From contig CAZZJS010000005.1 of assembly GCA_964654855.1 (NCBI GenBank), forward strand, positions 68,081-132,080: DNA of 64,000 bases. Direction: 5' to 3'. Each line of letters starts with the position of its first letter. The first letter of the stretch is position 1. Shown here piece by piece: positions 38,664 through 49,952 of the stretch. The notes beneath the pieces were generated by a model, which ran no database searches, was not told where the DNA came from, and was given only the letters and a program-made list of their open reading frames with translations. The translations under genes were made by a program, and so were the position numbers. The DNA comes from an uncultured Rickettsiales bacterium (GTDB taxonomy: Bacteria; Pseudomonadota; Alphaproteobacteria; Rickettsiales; JALZUV01).

Positions 38664-38680
38664 TGTTACGATTTAATGAC
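38664..38680 (-). promoter_or_regulatory. Shared OmpR/PhoB-type direct repeat upstream of orphan gene
   Basis: Minus strand GTCATTAAATCGTAACA, then 7 nt and GCTA. Confidence 0.55.
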
Positions 38681-40083
38681 TAAAATAAGCTTTCTTGAAG
38701 TTCATCTATCGCTTTAGGTTTGTTTTTTTTAGGCTGTTTTTTGATGGGTTTAGTGGGCGCGGAGCCTAAAGGCGTATCGCCATCATGGAAGGTGAGGGTA
38801 GCAGCGTTAGCGCCATTAGAAGCGGAGGTGATCAGTTCTCCTTTTGCATTTTTAACGAGAGCAAAGCCACGTTTGAGCACGTGTTGATAATCTAACAGAG
38901 CAAGCTTTCCGGTGAGTTGACTTAATTGATTCTCTTTGCGTTCGAGTAATTGCTTAAAGCGTTCGTTTAACTTGTCGCTTCTTTCATTCAGTTGGCGTGC
39001 TTGCTCTTTGAGCGGATGCTCTAAAAGGTTTGGGCGCAAGCCACTGCTCGCTTGCTGTAATTGATGCTGTTTTGCGGTCACCATCATGCGTAGGCTTTGG
39101 CCTAGTTTATCGCTTAAAATATCGAGCGATTGGCGTGCAGTAGCGAGTATCTCAGAGGGTTTTGGTAATCCACGTGATAAGCCCTCAATGCGTTGTTTAT
39201 AGTTAGATAATTGTGATTGCAGTAAGCTATCCATCCGTTGTTGGTGGTCACGCAATGTATAGAGTAAATCGGCGCGAACAGGTACGGCCATTTCGGCAGC
39301 TGCAGTCGGCGTTGGCGCACGCTGGTCGGAGGCATAATCGATTAAAGTCGTATCGGTTTCATGCCCCACGGCGGAGATAACAGGGATGTTAGAAGCGGCA
39401 ACCGCACGCACCACAACTTCCTCATTAAACGGCCATAAATCTTCAATCGAGCCACCTCCACGTGCAACGATAAGAAGGTCAGGGCGTTGTTCATAAGTTT
39501 GAAAGCTCGTTACCGCATTAGCAATTTGCGCTGCTGCTACATCGCCTTGTACGGCCACAGGCCAGACGAGAACATTACAGGGCATACGGTCTTCTAACCG
39601 GTGTAAAATATCGCGAATCACGGCACCAGTGGGAGAAGTAATCACACCAATGGTTTGCGGCAAGTAAGGCAGTTCTTGTTTGCGGTCTGCATCGAATAAC
39701 CCTTCTGCCGCGAGCTCTTTTTTACGTTTCTCGAGCAGTGCCATGAGCGCGCCTTCGCCCGCTGGCTCCATCGACTCAATCACGATTTGGTAATTACTGC
39801 GTCCGCCATAAGTGGTGAGTTTTCCGGTGGCGATAACTTCTAATCCGTCTTCTGGTTTAAAGCGCAAACGTCCCGCAACGCCTTTCCAACATACGCCAGA
39901 GAGTACGTTCTTTTCATCCTTCAAGCTCAAGTAAACATGACCGGAAGCGGCGATTTTGAGGCCTGAAATTTCACCTCGCACGCGTACGTAAGAGAAGTTG
40001 CTCTCCACCACACGTTTGAGTGCATTTGAGATTTCAGAAACCGAAAATTCCGGTGCATTATGAGTAGGCTTGATGTCTGACAT
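38680..40083 (-). CDS. xseA: Exodeoxyribonuclease VII large subunit
   Basis: [41 protein letters not shown]. Confidence 0.96.
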   Translation of the reverse strand: MSDIKPTHNAPEFSVSEISNALKRVVESNFSYVRVRGEISGLKIAASGHVYLSLKDEKNVLSGVCWKGVAGRLRFKPEDGLEVIATGKLTTYGGRSNYQIVIESMEPAGEGALMALLEKRKKELAAEGLFDADRKQELPYLPQTIGVITSPTGAVIRDILHRLEDRMPCNVLVWPVAVQGDVAAAQIANAVTSFQTYEQRPDLLIVARGGGSIEDLWPFNEEVVVRAVAASNIPVISAVGHETDTTLIDYASDQRAPTPTAAAEMAVPVRADLLYTLRDHQQRMDSLLQSQLSNYKQRIEGLSRGLPKPSEILATARQSLDILSDKLGQSLRMMVTAKQHQLQQASSGLRPNLLEHPLKEQARQLNERSDKLNERFKQLLERKENQLSQLTGKLALLDYQHVLKRGFALVKNAKGELITSASNGANAATLTFHDGDTPLGSAPTKPIKKQPKKNKPKAIDELQESLF

Positions 40084-40117
40084 GAGCCAGACTATACAAG
40101 CGTTACGAAGAGGAGCA

Positions 40118-41380
40118 ATGATGAAAATTCTGGTTATCGGTTCAGGCGGGCGTGAACATGCCCTCGCATGGAAAATTAAACAATCACCTTTAGTGAGTGA
40201 GCTCTATTGCAGCCCCGGTAATGGCGGCATTGCGCAAGTGGCTGAATGTATCACTCTAAACGATGAAGCAGCGATTATTGAATTTTGTCAGAATACAAAA
40301 ATTGACCTTGTGGTTGTCGGGCCAGAGGTGCCGTTAGTGGAAGGCCTATCTGATGCGCTTCGTGCCGCAAATATTGCGGTATTTGGATGTTCTCAAGCTG
40401 CCGCGCAGCTAGAAGGTTCCAAAGGCTTCACCAAGGACATTTGCGCGAAATATAATATCCCAACGGCGGGTTATGGTCGTTTTGTCGATGCGCAATCGGC
40501 GAAGGATTATATTGCCGAGAACCCTGCACCTATCGTGGTGAAAGCTGATGGTTTAGCTGCCGGTAAAGGCGTGATTATGGCCGAAACGAACGAAGAAGCT
40601 TTGACTGCGATTGATGAAATTTTTGGCGGTAAATTTGGCGATGCCGGTGCGGAAGTCGTCATCGAAGAGTGGCTGCAAGGCGAGGAATCTAGCTTCTTTG
40701 CCTTATGCGATGGTAAGACCGTTCGCATGCTTGGCTCCGCGCAAGATCATAAACGCGTGGGCGAGGGTGATACGGGGCCTAATACGGGCGGTATGGGTAC
40801 TTATAGCCCTGCGCCGATTATGACCGATGCGATGAATACCCGCGTGATGAATGAGATTATCGAACCCACCATGAAGGCGATGCAGGAAGAAGGTACACCC
40901 TTCCAAGGTATCTTTTTTGCGGGGTTGATGATTACCGCAAAAGGACCGGAGCTTATCGAATATAATGTGCGTTTTGGCGACCCTGAAACGCAAAGTCTGA
41001 TGTTGCGTTTAGAATCCGATATTGTGCCGCTCTTTATGGCATGTGCCAAAGGCGAAGGCCTAGAAGATTACGAAATTAAACTCTCCGATGATGCGGCAGT
41101 TTGTGTCGTCATGGCTGCTAAAGGCTATCCCGGCTCTTACGAAAAAAATACCGAAATTCGAGGACTTGAAACCGCTGGCGGAACTATCTTTCATGCGGGT
41201 ACGAAAGTCGAAAATAGCAAAACCTATGCTACTGGTGGTCGCGTGTTAGGCGTATGCGCCAAAGCCTCTAATTTCGAAACCGCCCGCGTCCAAGCTTACG
41301 CCGCCGTTGAGAAAGTTGATTGGGAACAAGGTTTTTACCGCAAAGATATCGGCTGGCGCGTGGTGGAGCGTGCGGCCTAG
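40118..41380 (+). CDS. purD: Phosphoribosylamine-glycine ligase
   Basis: [34 protein letters not shown]. Confidence 0.97.
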   Translation: MMKILVIGSGGREHALAWKIKQSPLVSELYCSPGNGGIAQVAECITLNDEAAIIEFCQNTKIDLVVVGPEVPLVEGLSDALRAANIAVFGCSQAAAQLEGSKGFTKDICAKYNIPTAGYGRFVDAQSAKDYIAENPAPIVVKADGLAAGKGVIMAETNEEALTAIDEIFGGKFGDAGAEVVIEEWLQGEESSFFALCDGKTVRMLGSAQDHKRVGEGDTGPNTGGMGTYSPAPIMTDAMNTRVMNEIIEPTMKAMQEEGTPFQGIFFAGLMITAKGPELIEYNVRFGDPETQSLMLRLESDIVPLFMACAKGEGLEDYEIKLSDDAAVCVVMAAKGYPGSYEKNTEIRGLETAGGTIFHAGTKVENSKTYATGGRVLGVCAKASNFETARVQAYAAVEKVDWEQGFYRKDIGWRVVERAA

Positions 41381-42183
41381 TGTTAACTGAAACCACATGG
41401 CAGGCTTTATTCCTCGGCATTATTGAGGGGATAACGGAGTTTTTGCCGATTTCTTCGACGGGGCATTTGATTTTGCTGGTCGAATTACTGGAATTCTCAG
41501 GTCCTCCGGGGCGTGTGTTTGAGATTGTGATTCAGCTGGGTGCGATCCTTGCTATCTGCTGGCTCTATCGTGCGAAACTATTTGGCGCAGTATTAAACGC
41601 GCCGAAAGAAGAGAAAGCTCGTCGGTTTATTTCTAATATTGTGATTGCCTTTTTACCGGCGGCGGTGATTGGAGTATTCGCGCATGGTTTTATTAAAGAG
41701 GTCTTATTCTCGCCGCTAGTGGTGGCCATTATGCTGGTGGTCGGAGGAGTGATAATCTTGCTGGTGGAGAAAGTCATTAAACCTCAACCTATCACGCAAA
41801 CCGTTGAAGAAATGAATTGGAAACTCGCTTTAAAAGTAGGTTTCTGCCAAGTGTTAGCGATGATTCCAGGCACCTCGCGTTCCGGTGCGACCATTATTGG
41901 TGGCATGCTGATGGGACTAGAACGCAAAGCGGCAACCGAGTTTAGCTTCTTCCTCGCCATTCCCACCATGCTAGGTGCGACGGTGTATGACTCCTATAAA
42001 AACTGGGGGCATATGACGCTAGAGAATATGGAAGTGATTGCGATTGGTTTCGTCGCAGCGTTTATCTCCGCCTTATTAGTGGTACGTTGGTTGATTAATT
42101 TCTTAGGCAAACATGGCTACACACCTTTTGCTTATTACCGAATTTTGATTGGTGGAGTGATGCTATTCCTACTCCTAGGATAG
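41380..42183 (+). CDS. uppP: Undecaprenyl-diphosphate phosphatase (BacA)
   Basis: EGITEFLPISSTGH, PGTSRSG, EFSFFLAIP; GTG start at 41380. Confidence 0.95.
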   Translation: MLTETTWQALFLGIIEGITEFLPISSTGHLILLVELLEFSGPPGRVFEIVIQLGAILAICWLYRAKLFGAVLNAPKEEKARRFISNIVIAFLPAAVIGVFAHGFIKEVLFSPLVVAIMLVVGGVIILLVEKVIKPQPITQTVEEMNWKLALKVGFCQVLAMIPGTSRSGATIIGGMLMGLERKAATEFSFFLAIPTMLGATVYDSYKNWGHMTLENMEVIAIGFVAAFISALLVVRWLINFLGKHGYTPFAYYRILIGGVMLFLLLG

Positions 42184-43899
42184 CGAGGTGCCTACACCTG
42201 TTTCAGGTGTAGAATTGATGCGTGGGTGGGGTTTTGCTGTGCGATCTGATAGCTGTATTTCAGTGCTAGCTATTTCTTGTACCTCTTGTTTTTTAGGTAC
42301 GCTTTGCATTTTAGCTGCATTAAAAATGGAGATTGCAAATTCGGCCTCATTCATTGTCTGAGGTGTCATTTTTACTAAATCACTAAGTAATGAATTTACA
42401 TTCTCTATATTCATTTGATCTACAGTAGCGGCTGGCTTTTTCACTGAGAGTGAGTAATTCATCAATTCGTCAATCTCTTCAAAGGTAGCTAAGATTGCTG
42501 GAGAGGATAAGAGTTCTTTTGCGATTGATTTCCGCACATGCTCCTGTTGTTCTTTCGGGAATTGAAGGCTGATATCTGCTACTTTTGCTGCTATCTTGGC
42601 AAGATCTAATGCTTTATGAGGTAGTTGTGTAAGAATGGCATTATAGATATCTGTTTTATATTTGTCTAACCCTTCACTTGAGAGTGTTTTACTATTTTTC
42701 TTTTTTTCAATTCCATTTGCTTTTTCTGCAAGATGGTTTGCTAAGTTTTCCGCAATTTTTAACTTTGCTGATTGCCCTAGTACTGAAGGTACTTTTTTTA
42801 GAAACTCTGAAGCAATTCGAGCCAAGTTTTGTGGATGGGTTGCGCTTTTTGCATCGTAATCCATTGAATCTGTTACAAAAACGGTAACGTCACCTAGTAG
42901 ATAAGCGATGTTACCAGCTAAGTCACTTTTCGCTTCTTCACCAGCTGCCATTTTAGCAGTAGCACCTTTGAGCGCAGCGATAGTAGAGCCTGCATTAAGA
43001 GCGCCGCCAATACGGTTTGAGTATTTTTTGATGTGTGAGAGAATCTTGCTCTCTCCTTCTTTTGCTTGACCGTCACCTTTAACCATGAAGAGCACCCAGC
43101 CCAAAATAGACATGGCAGAATCTGAGATGCGTTCCCAACCGCCCTTAGCGCCGCGTTGTATCTCTTTGATGCCTGCCATCGTCCATAACCCACGGCCAGC
43201 AATTTGCGTCCATGCACCTACATTAATGGCATTTTTTTCTAAAAATTTCGTGGCGGCACTTGCTGGATCTTCCTTATCTAACCAGTCTAGTGAGGTGGTA
43301 ATAGATTTTCCATCTTTGGCATAATTTGCGAATTTTCGATTTATCTCTTTAGATATTTGAGCATCTGCCTCAGTCGCATAATTCATGAAAATCAGAGATT
43401 GTGCAGCACCTAAAATACCATATCCAGTTTTCCACCATTTTTCAGGAGAGGTATCACTGGAACTGTTACTGGTGATAACAAGGTCGCCGACCAGATAGAG
43501 TGAACCGATGCGTTTTGCTTTATTTTCAGTCCAGAAACTCGCAACGTTCTTTATTCCACCGATAATCTTTGAAGCGTTATGTACAGTGCTTTCAAAGCTG
43601 TGTTTAGCTCCTTTAACGAGCCCTAGTTTCTCAATTGCGCTAATGAATGAATCTTCAGTGCCTAGTTTGGTAACGAATAAGACAGGGTTGTTTTCTTTAT
43701 CTGTTCCGATTTTCGTAACGTAACTTTTATCAGCCAGTTTATTCTGTATGGCGCTTAACTCTTGAGCCGAGCTATCTTTGGTAGGCGCATGAACCACTGC
43801 GCTCCACCCTTGATTACCAAGACTGGTCTCCAGAAAATTGATGCGGCTTTCTGGGTCGTCCCAGATATGCACGCGCTGAATGTGGTTCTTTTTCGCCAT
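42175..43899 (-). CDS. Orphan 574-aa protein with multiple hydrophobic/amphipathic helices
   Basis: Long AT-richer ORF, repeated YLxGD motif, no signal peptide; resembles 31191-32327. Confidence 0.78.
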   Translation of the reverse strand: MAKKNHIQRVHIWDDPESRINFLETSLGNQGWSAVVHAPTKDSSAQELSAIQNKLADKSYVTKIGTDKENNPVLFVTKLGTEDSFISAIEKLGLVKGAKHSFESTVHNASKIIGGIKNVASFWTENKAKRIGSLYLVGDLVITSNSSSDTSPEKWWKTGYGILGAAQSLIFMNYATEADAQISKEINRKFANYAKDGKSITTSLDWLDKEDPASAATKFLEKNAINVGAWTQIAGRGLWTMAGIKEIQRGAKGGWERISDSAMSILGWVLFMVKGDGQAKEGESKILSHIKKYSNRIGGALNAGSTIAALKGATAKMAAGEEAKSDLAGNIAYLLGDVTVFVTDSMDYDAKSATHPQNLARIASEFLKKVPSVLGQSAKLKIAENLANHLAEKANGIEKKKNSKTLSSEGLDKYKTDIYNAILTQLPHKALDLAKIAAKVADISLQFPKEQQEHVRKSIAKELLSSPAILATFEEIDELMNYSLSVKKPAATVDQMNIENVNSLLSDLVKMTPQTMNEAEFAISIFNAAKMQSVPKKQEVQEIASTEIQLSDRTAKPHPRINSTPETGVGTSLS

Positions 43900-43945
43900 A
43901 TATATTACTTCACTCTCAAATATACCGCGTTTAAGGGGGTGATTG

Positions 43946-43962
43946 TGTTACAATTTTAAGAC
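43946..43962 (-). promoter_or_regulatory. Shared OmpR/PhoB-type direct repeat upstream of orphan gene
   Basis: Minus strand GTCTTAAAATTGTAACA. Confidence 0.5.
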
Positions 43963-44014
43963 AATTAGGTGGCGAGTTGCTAGGCTAAGTTACTGTTAAA
44001 GAACAAATGAGGCC

Positions 44015-45661
44015 ATGATGAAGCGTGCCATTCTTCCCTTTTTAGTTGCAATTTTTGCCAGTTTTCCCGTTTTTGCAGAGCCAGAAGTGGCTACGAATTA
44101 CGGTATATGGTCGTTGTTACCCGCGGCTTTGGCCATCACGATGGCCTTGCTGACGCGCCAAGTTATTGTTTCTCTCTTCTTGGGGATTTGGTCAGGGGCA
44201 TGGCTGCTTTCAGGAGGTGATTTACCGGCTTTATGGGATGGGTTTTTGCGCGTGATGGATACATGGTTGCTGCAATCGATTGTGCCGACGGATGCCAGCA
44301 CAGATCATATCTCGATTATCATGTTTACGCTTACCGTGGGGGGGATGATTGGTATTATCCGCACTAATGGCGGTATTGATGGCGTGATTGAGTGGATGTC
44401 GAGTCGAGTGAAAACGGCTAAAGGCGCGCAATTTGCGACTATGTTTGCCGGTTTGAAGATGTTTTTCGATGATTATGCTAGCATGTTGATTGTGGGTAAT
44501 ACGATGCGCCCATTGGCCGATGCACGTGGAATTAGCCGCGAGAAGCTCGCTTATATTGTGGATACAACCGCTTCTCCGATTGCGTCCATCGCGCTGCTTA
44601 CTACTTGGATTGGGTTTCAGGTATCGTTGTTAGATACCGCGATGGGAGGGATTTCGACTCTGAATATCCCTGCTTATGAATTGATGATTTCATCAATTCC
44701 TTACAGCTTTTACAGTATTTTGAGTGTGTTATTCATCTTTATGCTGATTAGCACTAACCGCGATATGGGGCCGATGTTAAAGGCCGAACGTGCGGCGCGT
44801 AAAGAGGCGGCCAAAGCGGCAAAACGCAAAACCAGCAAAGCCAAAGCCGTGAAAGTGAGTAAAGGTAAAGCCATTAATGCGGTGCTACCCCTTATGGTGC
44901 TGATTTGCAGTGTGATAGGTGGTCTCCTGCTTACGGGTTGGCCGGAAGAAGGCCAAGCGGTTACGTTGACCGCAATTTTTGGCAATGCAGATCCGTTTAA
45001 GGCGATGCTTTGGGCTTCGCTGCTCAGCGCGACTTCGGCTCTGTTGATGAGTAAGTATAATGCGAATATGAGTATTGGCGAAGTGATTGGTGCACTGGAG
45101 CATGGGTTTGTTCCAATGTTAGGTGCGGTTATTATCCTCACCTTCGCTTGGGGTATTGCGGGAGTGAATGATGCGATAGGCACAGCCGATTATCTCGTAA
45201 ATCAGCTGGAGGGTAACTTATCGCCACAATGGTTGCCTGTTGTCGTGTTCTTGCTGGCTTCGATCATCGCTTTTGCGACGGGAACCAGCTGGGGGGTGAT
45301 GGCGATTTTAGTGCCGCTAGCTATTCCGCTTACATGGGGTGCGTTAGAGAGTGCTGGGATGACCGGTGCTGATGCGATGCCGATTCTCTACGCTTCGGTT
45401 GCCTCTGTTTTGACGGGTGCGGTGTGGGGTGATCATTGTTCGCCTATTTCCGATACAACGATTCTATCCTCGGTTTCATCCGGTTGTGACCATATTGAGC
45501 ATGTACGCACGCAGTTGCCTTATGCGATGCTGGTAGGAACGGTTGCTATCCTCGCAGGCCTCATTCCGGTCGGCTATGGTCTACCATGGTGGATAGGTAT
45601 GGGTGTTGGTGCCTTCTTGCTCTATGTAGTGCTGACCAAGTTTGGTGAGAAGGTGGATTAA
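44015..45661 (+). CDS. NhaC-family Na+/H+ antiporter-like transporter
   Basis: FFDDY, SREKLAYIVD, FATGTSWG, GDHCSPISDTTILSS, HVRTQLPYA. Confidence 0.9.
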   Translation: MMKRAILPFLVAIFASFPVFAEPEVATNYGIWSLLPAALAITMALLTRQVIVSLFLGIWSGAWLLSGGDLPALWDGFLRVMDTWLLQSIVPTDASTDHISIIMFTLTVGGMIGIIRTNGGIDGVIEWMSSRVKTAKGAQFATMFAGLKMFFDDYASMLIVGNTMRPLADARGISREKLAYIVDTTASPIASIALLTTWIGFQVSLLDTAMGGISTLNIPAYELMISSIPYSFYSILSVLFIFMLISTNRDMGPMLKAERAARKEAAKAAKRKTSKAKAVKVSKGKAINAVLPLMVLICSVIGGLLLTGWPEEGQAVTLTAIFGNADPFKAMLWASLLSATSALLMSKYNANMSIGEVIGALEHGFVPMLGAVIILTFAWGIAGVNDAIGTADYLVNQLEGNLSPQWLPVVVFLLASIIAFATGTSWGVMAILVPLAIPLTWGALESAGMTGADAMPILYASVASVLTGAVWGDHCSPISDTTILSSVSSGCDHIEHVRTQLPYAMLVGTVAILAGLIPVGYGLPWWIGMGVGAFLLYVVLTKFGEKVD

Positions 45662-45667
45662 ACAAAG

Positions 45668-45699
45668 AACCCCGAAAGAGTTTCCTCTTCCGGGGTTTT
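45668..45699. terminator. Hairpin terminator between convergent transporter and rpoC
   Basis: AACCCCGAAAGAG-tttc-CTCTTCCGGGGTTTT. Confidence 0.75.
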
Positions 45700-45738
45700 G
45701 TTTTTGCAGTTAGGCTTTAATTGTAAGCTTAACTTATT

Positions 45739-48700
45739 CTAGCTAGCGAGAGACTCGTCGCCGCCGTCGCCATCGAAACCAATTTGTTCTGGCTCTTCTG
45801 GCATAGCTGCTGCGCGTTCATCTTCGATTTCCTTATCACGGACTTGTGCCACACGTTTCATACGATTCATGAATGCACCCGTACCAGCAGGAATCAAACG
45901 ACCCACGATTACGTTCTCTTTGAGACCTTGCAATGTGTCAATCTTACCGGCAACCGAAGCTTCGGTAAGAACACGCGTGGTTTCTTGGAACGATGCTGCT
46001 GAGATGAATGATTTGGTTTGTAGGGACGCTTTCGTAATCCCTTGCAATACCAAGTGACCTTCGGCTGGCTTCTCGCCGGCTTTAGCCGCTTTTGCATTAA
46101 TCTCTTCAAAGTCTTCACGTTCGATTTGTTCACCAACGAGCAGAGTCGTTTCGCCCGGTGCAGTGACTTCAATCTTACGCAACATCATGCTGAGTACGAC
46201 TTCGATATGCTTATCGTTAATGCCTACACCCTGTAGACGGTAAACGGCTTGCACTTCGTGAACCATATATTCAGCCAAAGCTTCGACACCCATGACACGC
46301 AAGATATCGTGCGGTACTGGGTTACCGTCCATCAACAAGTCACCTTTTTCGATGAGGTCACCTTCATTAACGGCGATGTGCTTACCTTTTGGAATCATAT
46401 ATTCCATTGGCTCTGCACCGTCCTCTTCAGGGCGAACAATGATACGACGTTTGGTTTTGTAATCGCGACCAAACTCGATACGTCCACCAATGTCAGAAAT
46501 CACGGCGTGATCCTTCGGCATACGTGCTTCGAATAGTTCCGCTACGCGAGGTAGACCACCCGTAATATCACGCGTCTTAGAAGATTCACGTGGGATACGT
46601 GCAATCACGTCACCTGCGTGGATTTCTTGACCATCTGTAATAGAAAGAATCGCATCTACTGGTAGGAAATAACGTGCTTCCAAACCGTTTGGTAGAGTGA
46701 TGATCTCGCCATCTTTATCGCGAAGAGCGATACGAGGTTTTAGATCCTGACCACGAGCTTGCTGGCGCCAGTCAATAACCACTTTGCTAGAAAGACCCGT
46801 AGCTTCATCCGTTACTTCGCGAAGCGATACGCTATCTACTAAGTCACGATAGTTAGCTACACCGTCACGCTCTGTAATGATTGGAATCGTGTATGGATCC
46901 CATTCAGCAAGTTTATCACCAGCTTTTACTTTTGCGCCTTCTTTCACGGTCACACGTGCACCGTAAGGTACTTTGTGACGACCGCGTTCGTTCTCTTTCG
47001 CATCGCGAATAATGATTTCACAGGTACGGCTCATGACTACTGCGCGGCCTTTTGAATCAACGACCACGTTTTTGTTCGAAAGTTCCAGCACACCATCATG
47101 CGATGATTCAACGCTAGAGGCTTCCGAACCACGCTGCGCGGCTCCACCAATGTGGAAGGTACGCATCGTTAGCTGTGTACCTGGCTCACCAATAGATTGT
47201 GCAGCGATTACACCAACCGCTTCACCAAGGTTCACGGCTGTACCGCGGGCTAAGTCACGTCCGTAACAAGTACCACAGATACCGCCTTCAGATTCACAGG
47301 TTAGTGCAGAACGAATCATGATAGATTCGATACCTGCTTCATCAATTGCATCGATGATATACTCATCAATCAATTGACCTGCTTTAACAATAGGCTTTTC
47401 AGTCGTTGGGTGAATCACGTCGCGTACGGAAGTACGGCCGAGGATTTTCTCAGAAAGTGGGGTTACCACTTCACCGCCTTCAATGACAGGTTTTGCCACG
47501 AGGCCTTTATGTGTTCCACAATCGTGCTCAACGATAATGCAATCCTGAGATACATCTACCAAACGACGTGTCAGGTAACCTGAGTTTGCTGTTTTTAGTG
47601 CGGTATCGGCAAGACCCTTACGCGCACCGTGGGTAGAGTTAAAGTATTCAAGTACGGTCAGACCTTCTTTAAAGTTCGAGATAATCGGCGTTTCGATAAT
47701 CTCACCAGAAGGTTTCGCCATCAAACCACGCATACCTGCGAGCTGTTTGATTTGTGCGGCAGAACCACGAGCACCAGAGTGAGCCATCATGTAAATGGCG
47801 TTCATCTCTTTACCGTTCGCTTGTTTCTCAGCTTTTGCACCCGAGATGACATCCATCATATCTTCGGCAACACGCTCAGAACAATGCGACCATGCATCGA
47901 CCACTTTGTTATATTTCTCACCTTGGGTAATCAAACCTTCAGCATATTGGTTTTCAAATTCTTTCACCTGATCCAATGTACCATTGATGTGACCGTCCTT
48001 CGTTTCAGGAATGATCATATCATCTTTACCGAATGAGATACCGGCTTTTGCTGCATGCTTAAAGCCAAGCGCCATAATGTGATCAGCGAAGATCACGGTC
48101 GCCTTCTGGCCGCAATAGCGGTAAACGTGACCAAGAAGATTTGACAATTCTTTCTTTGTCATCAAGCGGTTTACTTGATCGAAAGCGACATCTGGGTTGC
48201 GTGGTAGGTGCTGTGCTAGCAACATACGACCCGGAGTAGACTCAACCAACGTGACTTTCTCTTTACCGTTTTCATCAACGCCTTTGTAACGGCATTTGAT
48301 TTTCGCGTGTAGAGAGACCACCTTTTGATCAACGGCTTGGATAAGTTCAGCCATAGAGCCGAAAGACATGCCTTCGCCTTCTTCGCCTTCTGCTTCAATC
48401 GTCATGTAATAAAGACCCAAAACCATATCCTGTGAAGGTACGATGATCGGCTTACCGTTAGCAGGCGATAGAATGTTGTTCGTGCTCATGATGAGAACGC
48501 GAGATTCTAGCTGTGCTTCGATTGAAAGTGGCACGTGAACGGCCATTTGGTCACCATCAAAGGCCGCACAAACGAGTGGGTGAAGCTGAATTGCTTTACC
48601 TTCGATAAGCTTTGGTTCAAACGCTTGGATACCCAAACGGTGAAGGGTAGGCGCACGGTTCAAGAGAACTGGGTGCTCACGAATCACTTCTTCGAGAATA

Positions 48701-49932
48701 TCCCAAACTTCAGGACGTTCCGTTTCAACAAGGCGTTTTGCCGCTTTAATCGTAGTGGCAATTCCGTAGATTTCGAGCTTCGCATAGATGAACGGCTTGA
48801 AGAGTTCCAATGCCATTTTCTTTGGAAGACCGCATTGGTGAAGCATAAGCTCCGGTCCAACTACGATTACCGAACGGCCTGAATAATCGACACGTTTTCC
48901 GAGTAGGTTTTGACGGAAACGACCTTGCTTACCTTTAAGCATGTCTGAAAGTGATTTCAGAGGACGTTTATTGTTACCTGTGATGGTACGACCGCGACGA
49001 CCGTTATCGAATAAGGCATCCACTGATTCTTGAAGCATACGCTTCTCGTTACGCACGATGATGTCAGGTGCGCGAAGTTCTAATAGACGCTTCAAACGGT
49101 TGTTACGGTTGATCACACGACGATATAGGTCGTTCAAATCAGACGTCGCAAAACGGCCGCCATCAAGTGGAACGAGTGGACGCAAATCTGGTGGGATCAC
49201 AGGAACAACATCAAGAATCATCCATTCTGGTTTATTGCCAGACTCAATGAAGTTTTCGATGAGCTTCAAGCGCTTCACCAATTTCTTACGCTTTGCTTCA
49301 GAACCCGTTTCACGTAAGTCAGTTTTCGTCGTTTCAAGTTCTGCAGGAAGGTCGAGACCTTGTAGCATCGTCTTGATTGCTTGAGCACCGATTTCAGCCG
49401 TGAAAGCTTCCGCGCCGTAATCATCTTGTGCATCATAATACTGATCTTCCGTAAGCACTTCACCTTTAGTGAAAGGCGACAGGCCAGGCTCAGTTACCAT
49501 GAAGCTTTCGAAATAAAGCACGCGCTCTAGATCTTTTAGCGTCATATCAAGTAGCAAACCAATACGGCTTGGAAGTGACTTCAAGAACCAAATGTGAGCC
49601 ACTGGAGCAGCCAAGTCGATATGACCCATACGCTCACGACGCACTTTAGAAGTGGTTACTTCAACGCCACATTTCTCACAGATAATTCCGCGATACTTCA
49701 TACGTTTATATTTACCGCACAAGCACTCATAGTCCTTTACAGGGCCAAAGATACGTGCGCAGAAAAGACCATCACGCTCAGGTTTGAAAGTACGATAGTT
49801 AATCGTTTCTGGTTTCTTAACTTCACCAAAAGACCAACCACGGATTTTTTCCGGACTCGCGATAGAGATACGGATTTCGTCGAATTGTTCCTGACCTTGT
49901 TCTAGGCCGAAAAATGACATTAATTGTGACAT
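45739..49932 (-). CDS. rpoC: RNA polymerase beta' subunit (catalytic motif lacks NADF in this sequence)
   Basis: Zn ribbon, [29 protein letters not shown]; reads CAAF-DGDQM instead of CAAFNADFDGDQM. Confidence 0.97.
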   Translation of the reverse strand: MSQLMSFFGLEQGQEQFDEIRISIASPEKIRGWSFGEVKKPETINYRTFKPERDGLFCARIFGPVKDYECLCGKYKRMKYRGIICEKCGVEVTTSKVRRERMGHIDLAAPVAHIWFLKSLPSRIGLLLDMTLKDLERVLYFESFMVTEPGLSPFTKGEVLTEDQYYDAQDDYGAEAFTAEIGAQAIKTMLQGLDLPAELETTKTDLRETGSEAKRKKLVKRLKLIENFIESGNKPEWMILDVVPVIPPDLRPLVPLDGGRFATSDLNDLYRRVINRNNRLKRLLELRAPDIIVRNEKRMLQESVDALFDNGRRGRTITGNNKRPLKSLSDMLKGKQGRFRQNLLGKRVDYSGRSVIVVGPELMLHQCGLPKKMALELFKPFIYAKLEIYGIATTIKAAKRLVETERPEVWDILEEVIREHPVLLNRAPTLHRLGIQAFEPKLIEGKAIQLHPLVCAAFDGDQMAVHVPLSIEAQLESRVLIMSTNNILSPANGKPIIVPSQDMVLGLYYMTIEAEGEEGEGMSFGSMAELIQAVDQKVVSLHAKIKCRYKGVDENGKEKVTLVESTPGRMLLAQHLPRNPDVAFDQVNRLMTKKELSNLLGHVYRYCGQKATVIFADHIMALGFKHAAKAGISFGKDDMIIPETKDGHINGTLDQVKEFENQYAEGLITQGEKYNKVVDAWSHCSERVAEDMMDVISGAKAEKQANGKEMNAIYMMAHSGARGSAAQIKQLAGMRGLMAKPSGEIIETPIISNFKEGLTVLEYFNSTHGARKGLADTALKTANSGYLTRRLVDVSQDCIIVEHDCGTHKGLVAKPVIEGGEVVTPLSEKILGRTSVRDVIHPTTEKPIVKAGQLIDEYIIDAIDEAGIESIMIRSALTCESEGGICGTCYGRDLARGTAVNLGEAVGVIAAQSIGEPGTQLTMRTFHIGGAAQRGSEASSVESSHDGVLELSNKNVVVDSKGRAVVMSRTCEIIIRDAKENERGRHKVPYGARVTVKEGAKVKAGDKLAEWDPYTIPIITERDGVANYRDLVDSVSLREVTDEATGLSSKVVIDWRQQARGQDLKPRIALRDKDGEIITLPNGLEARYFLPVDAILSITDGQEIHAGDVIARIPRESSKTRDITGGLPRVAELFEARMPKDHAVISDIGGRIEFGRDYKTKRRIIVRPEEDGAEPMEYMIPKGKHIAVNEGDLIEKGDLLMDGNPVPHDILRVMGVEALAEYMVHEVQAVYRLQGVGINDKHIEVVLSMMLRKIEVTAPGETTLLVGEQIEREDFEEINAKAAKAGEKPAEGHLVLQGITKASLQTKSFISAASFQETTRVLTEASVAGKIDTLQGLKENVIVGRLIPAGTGAFMNRMKRVAQVRDKEIEDERAAAMPEEPEQIGFDGDGGDESLAS

Positions 49933-49952
49933 AATATTCTCCTAATCTCTCT

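Noticed and set aside
45739-49932. rpoC as a pseudogene
   Set aside because: Frame intact over 1397 codons and other motifs conserved; a local assembly error is more parsimonious.
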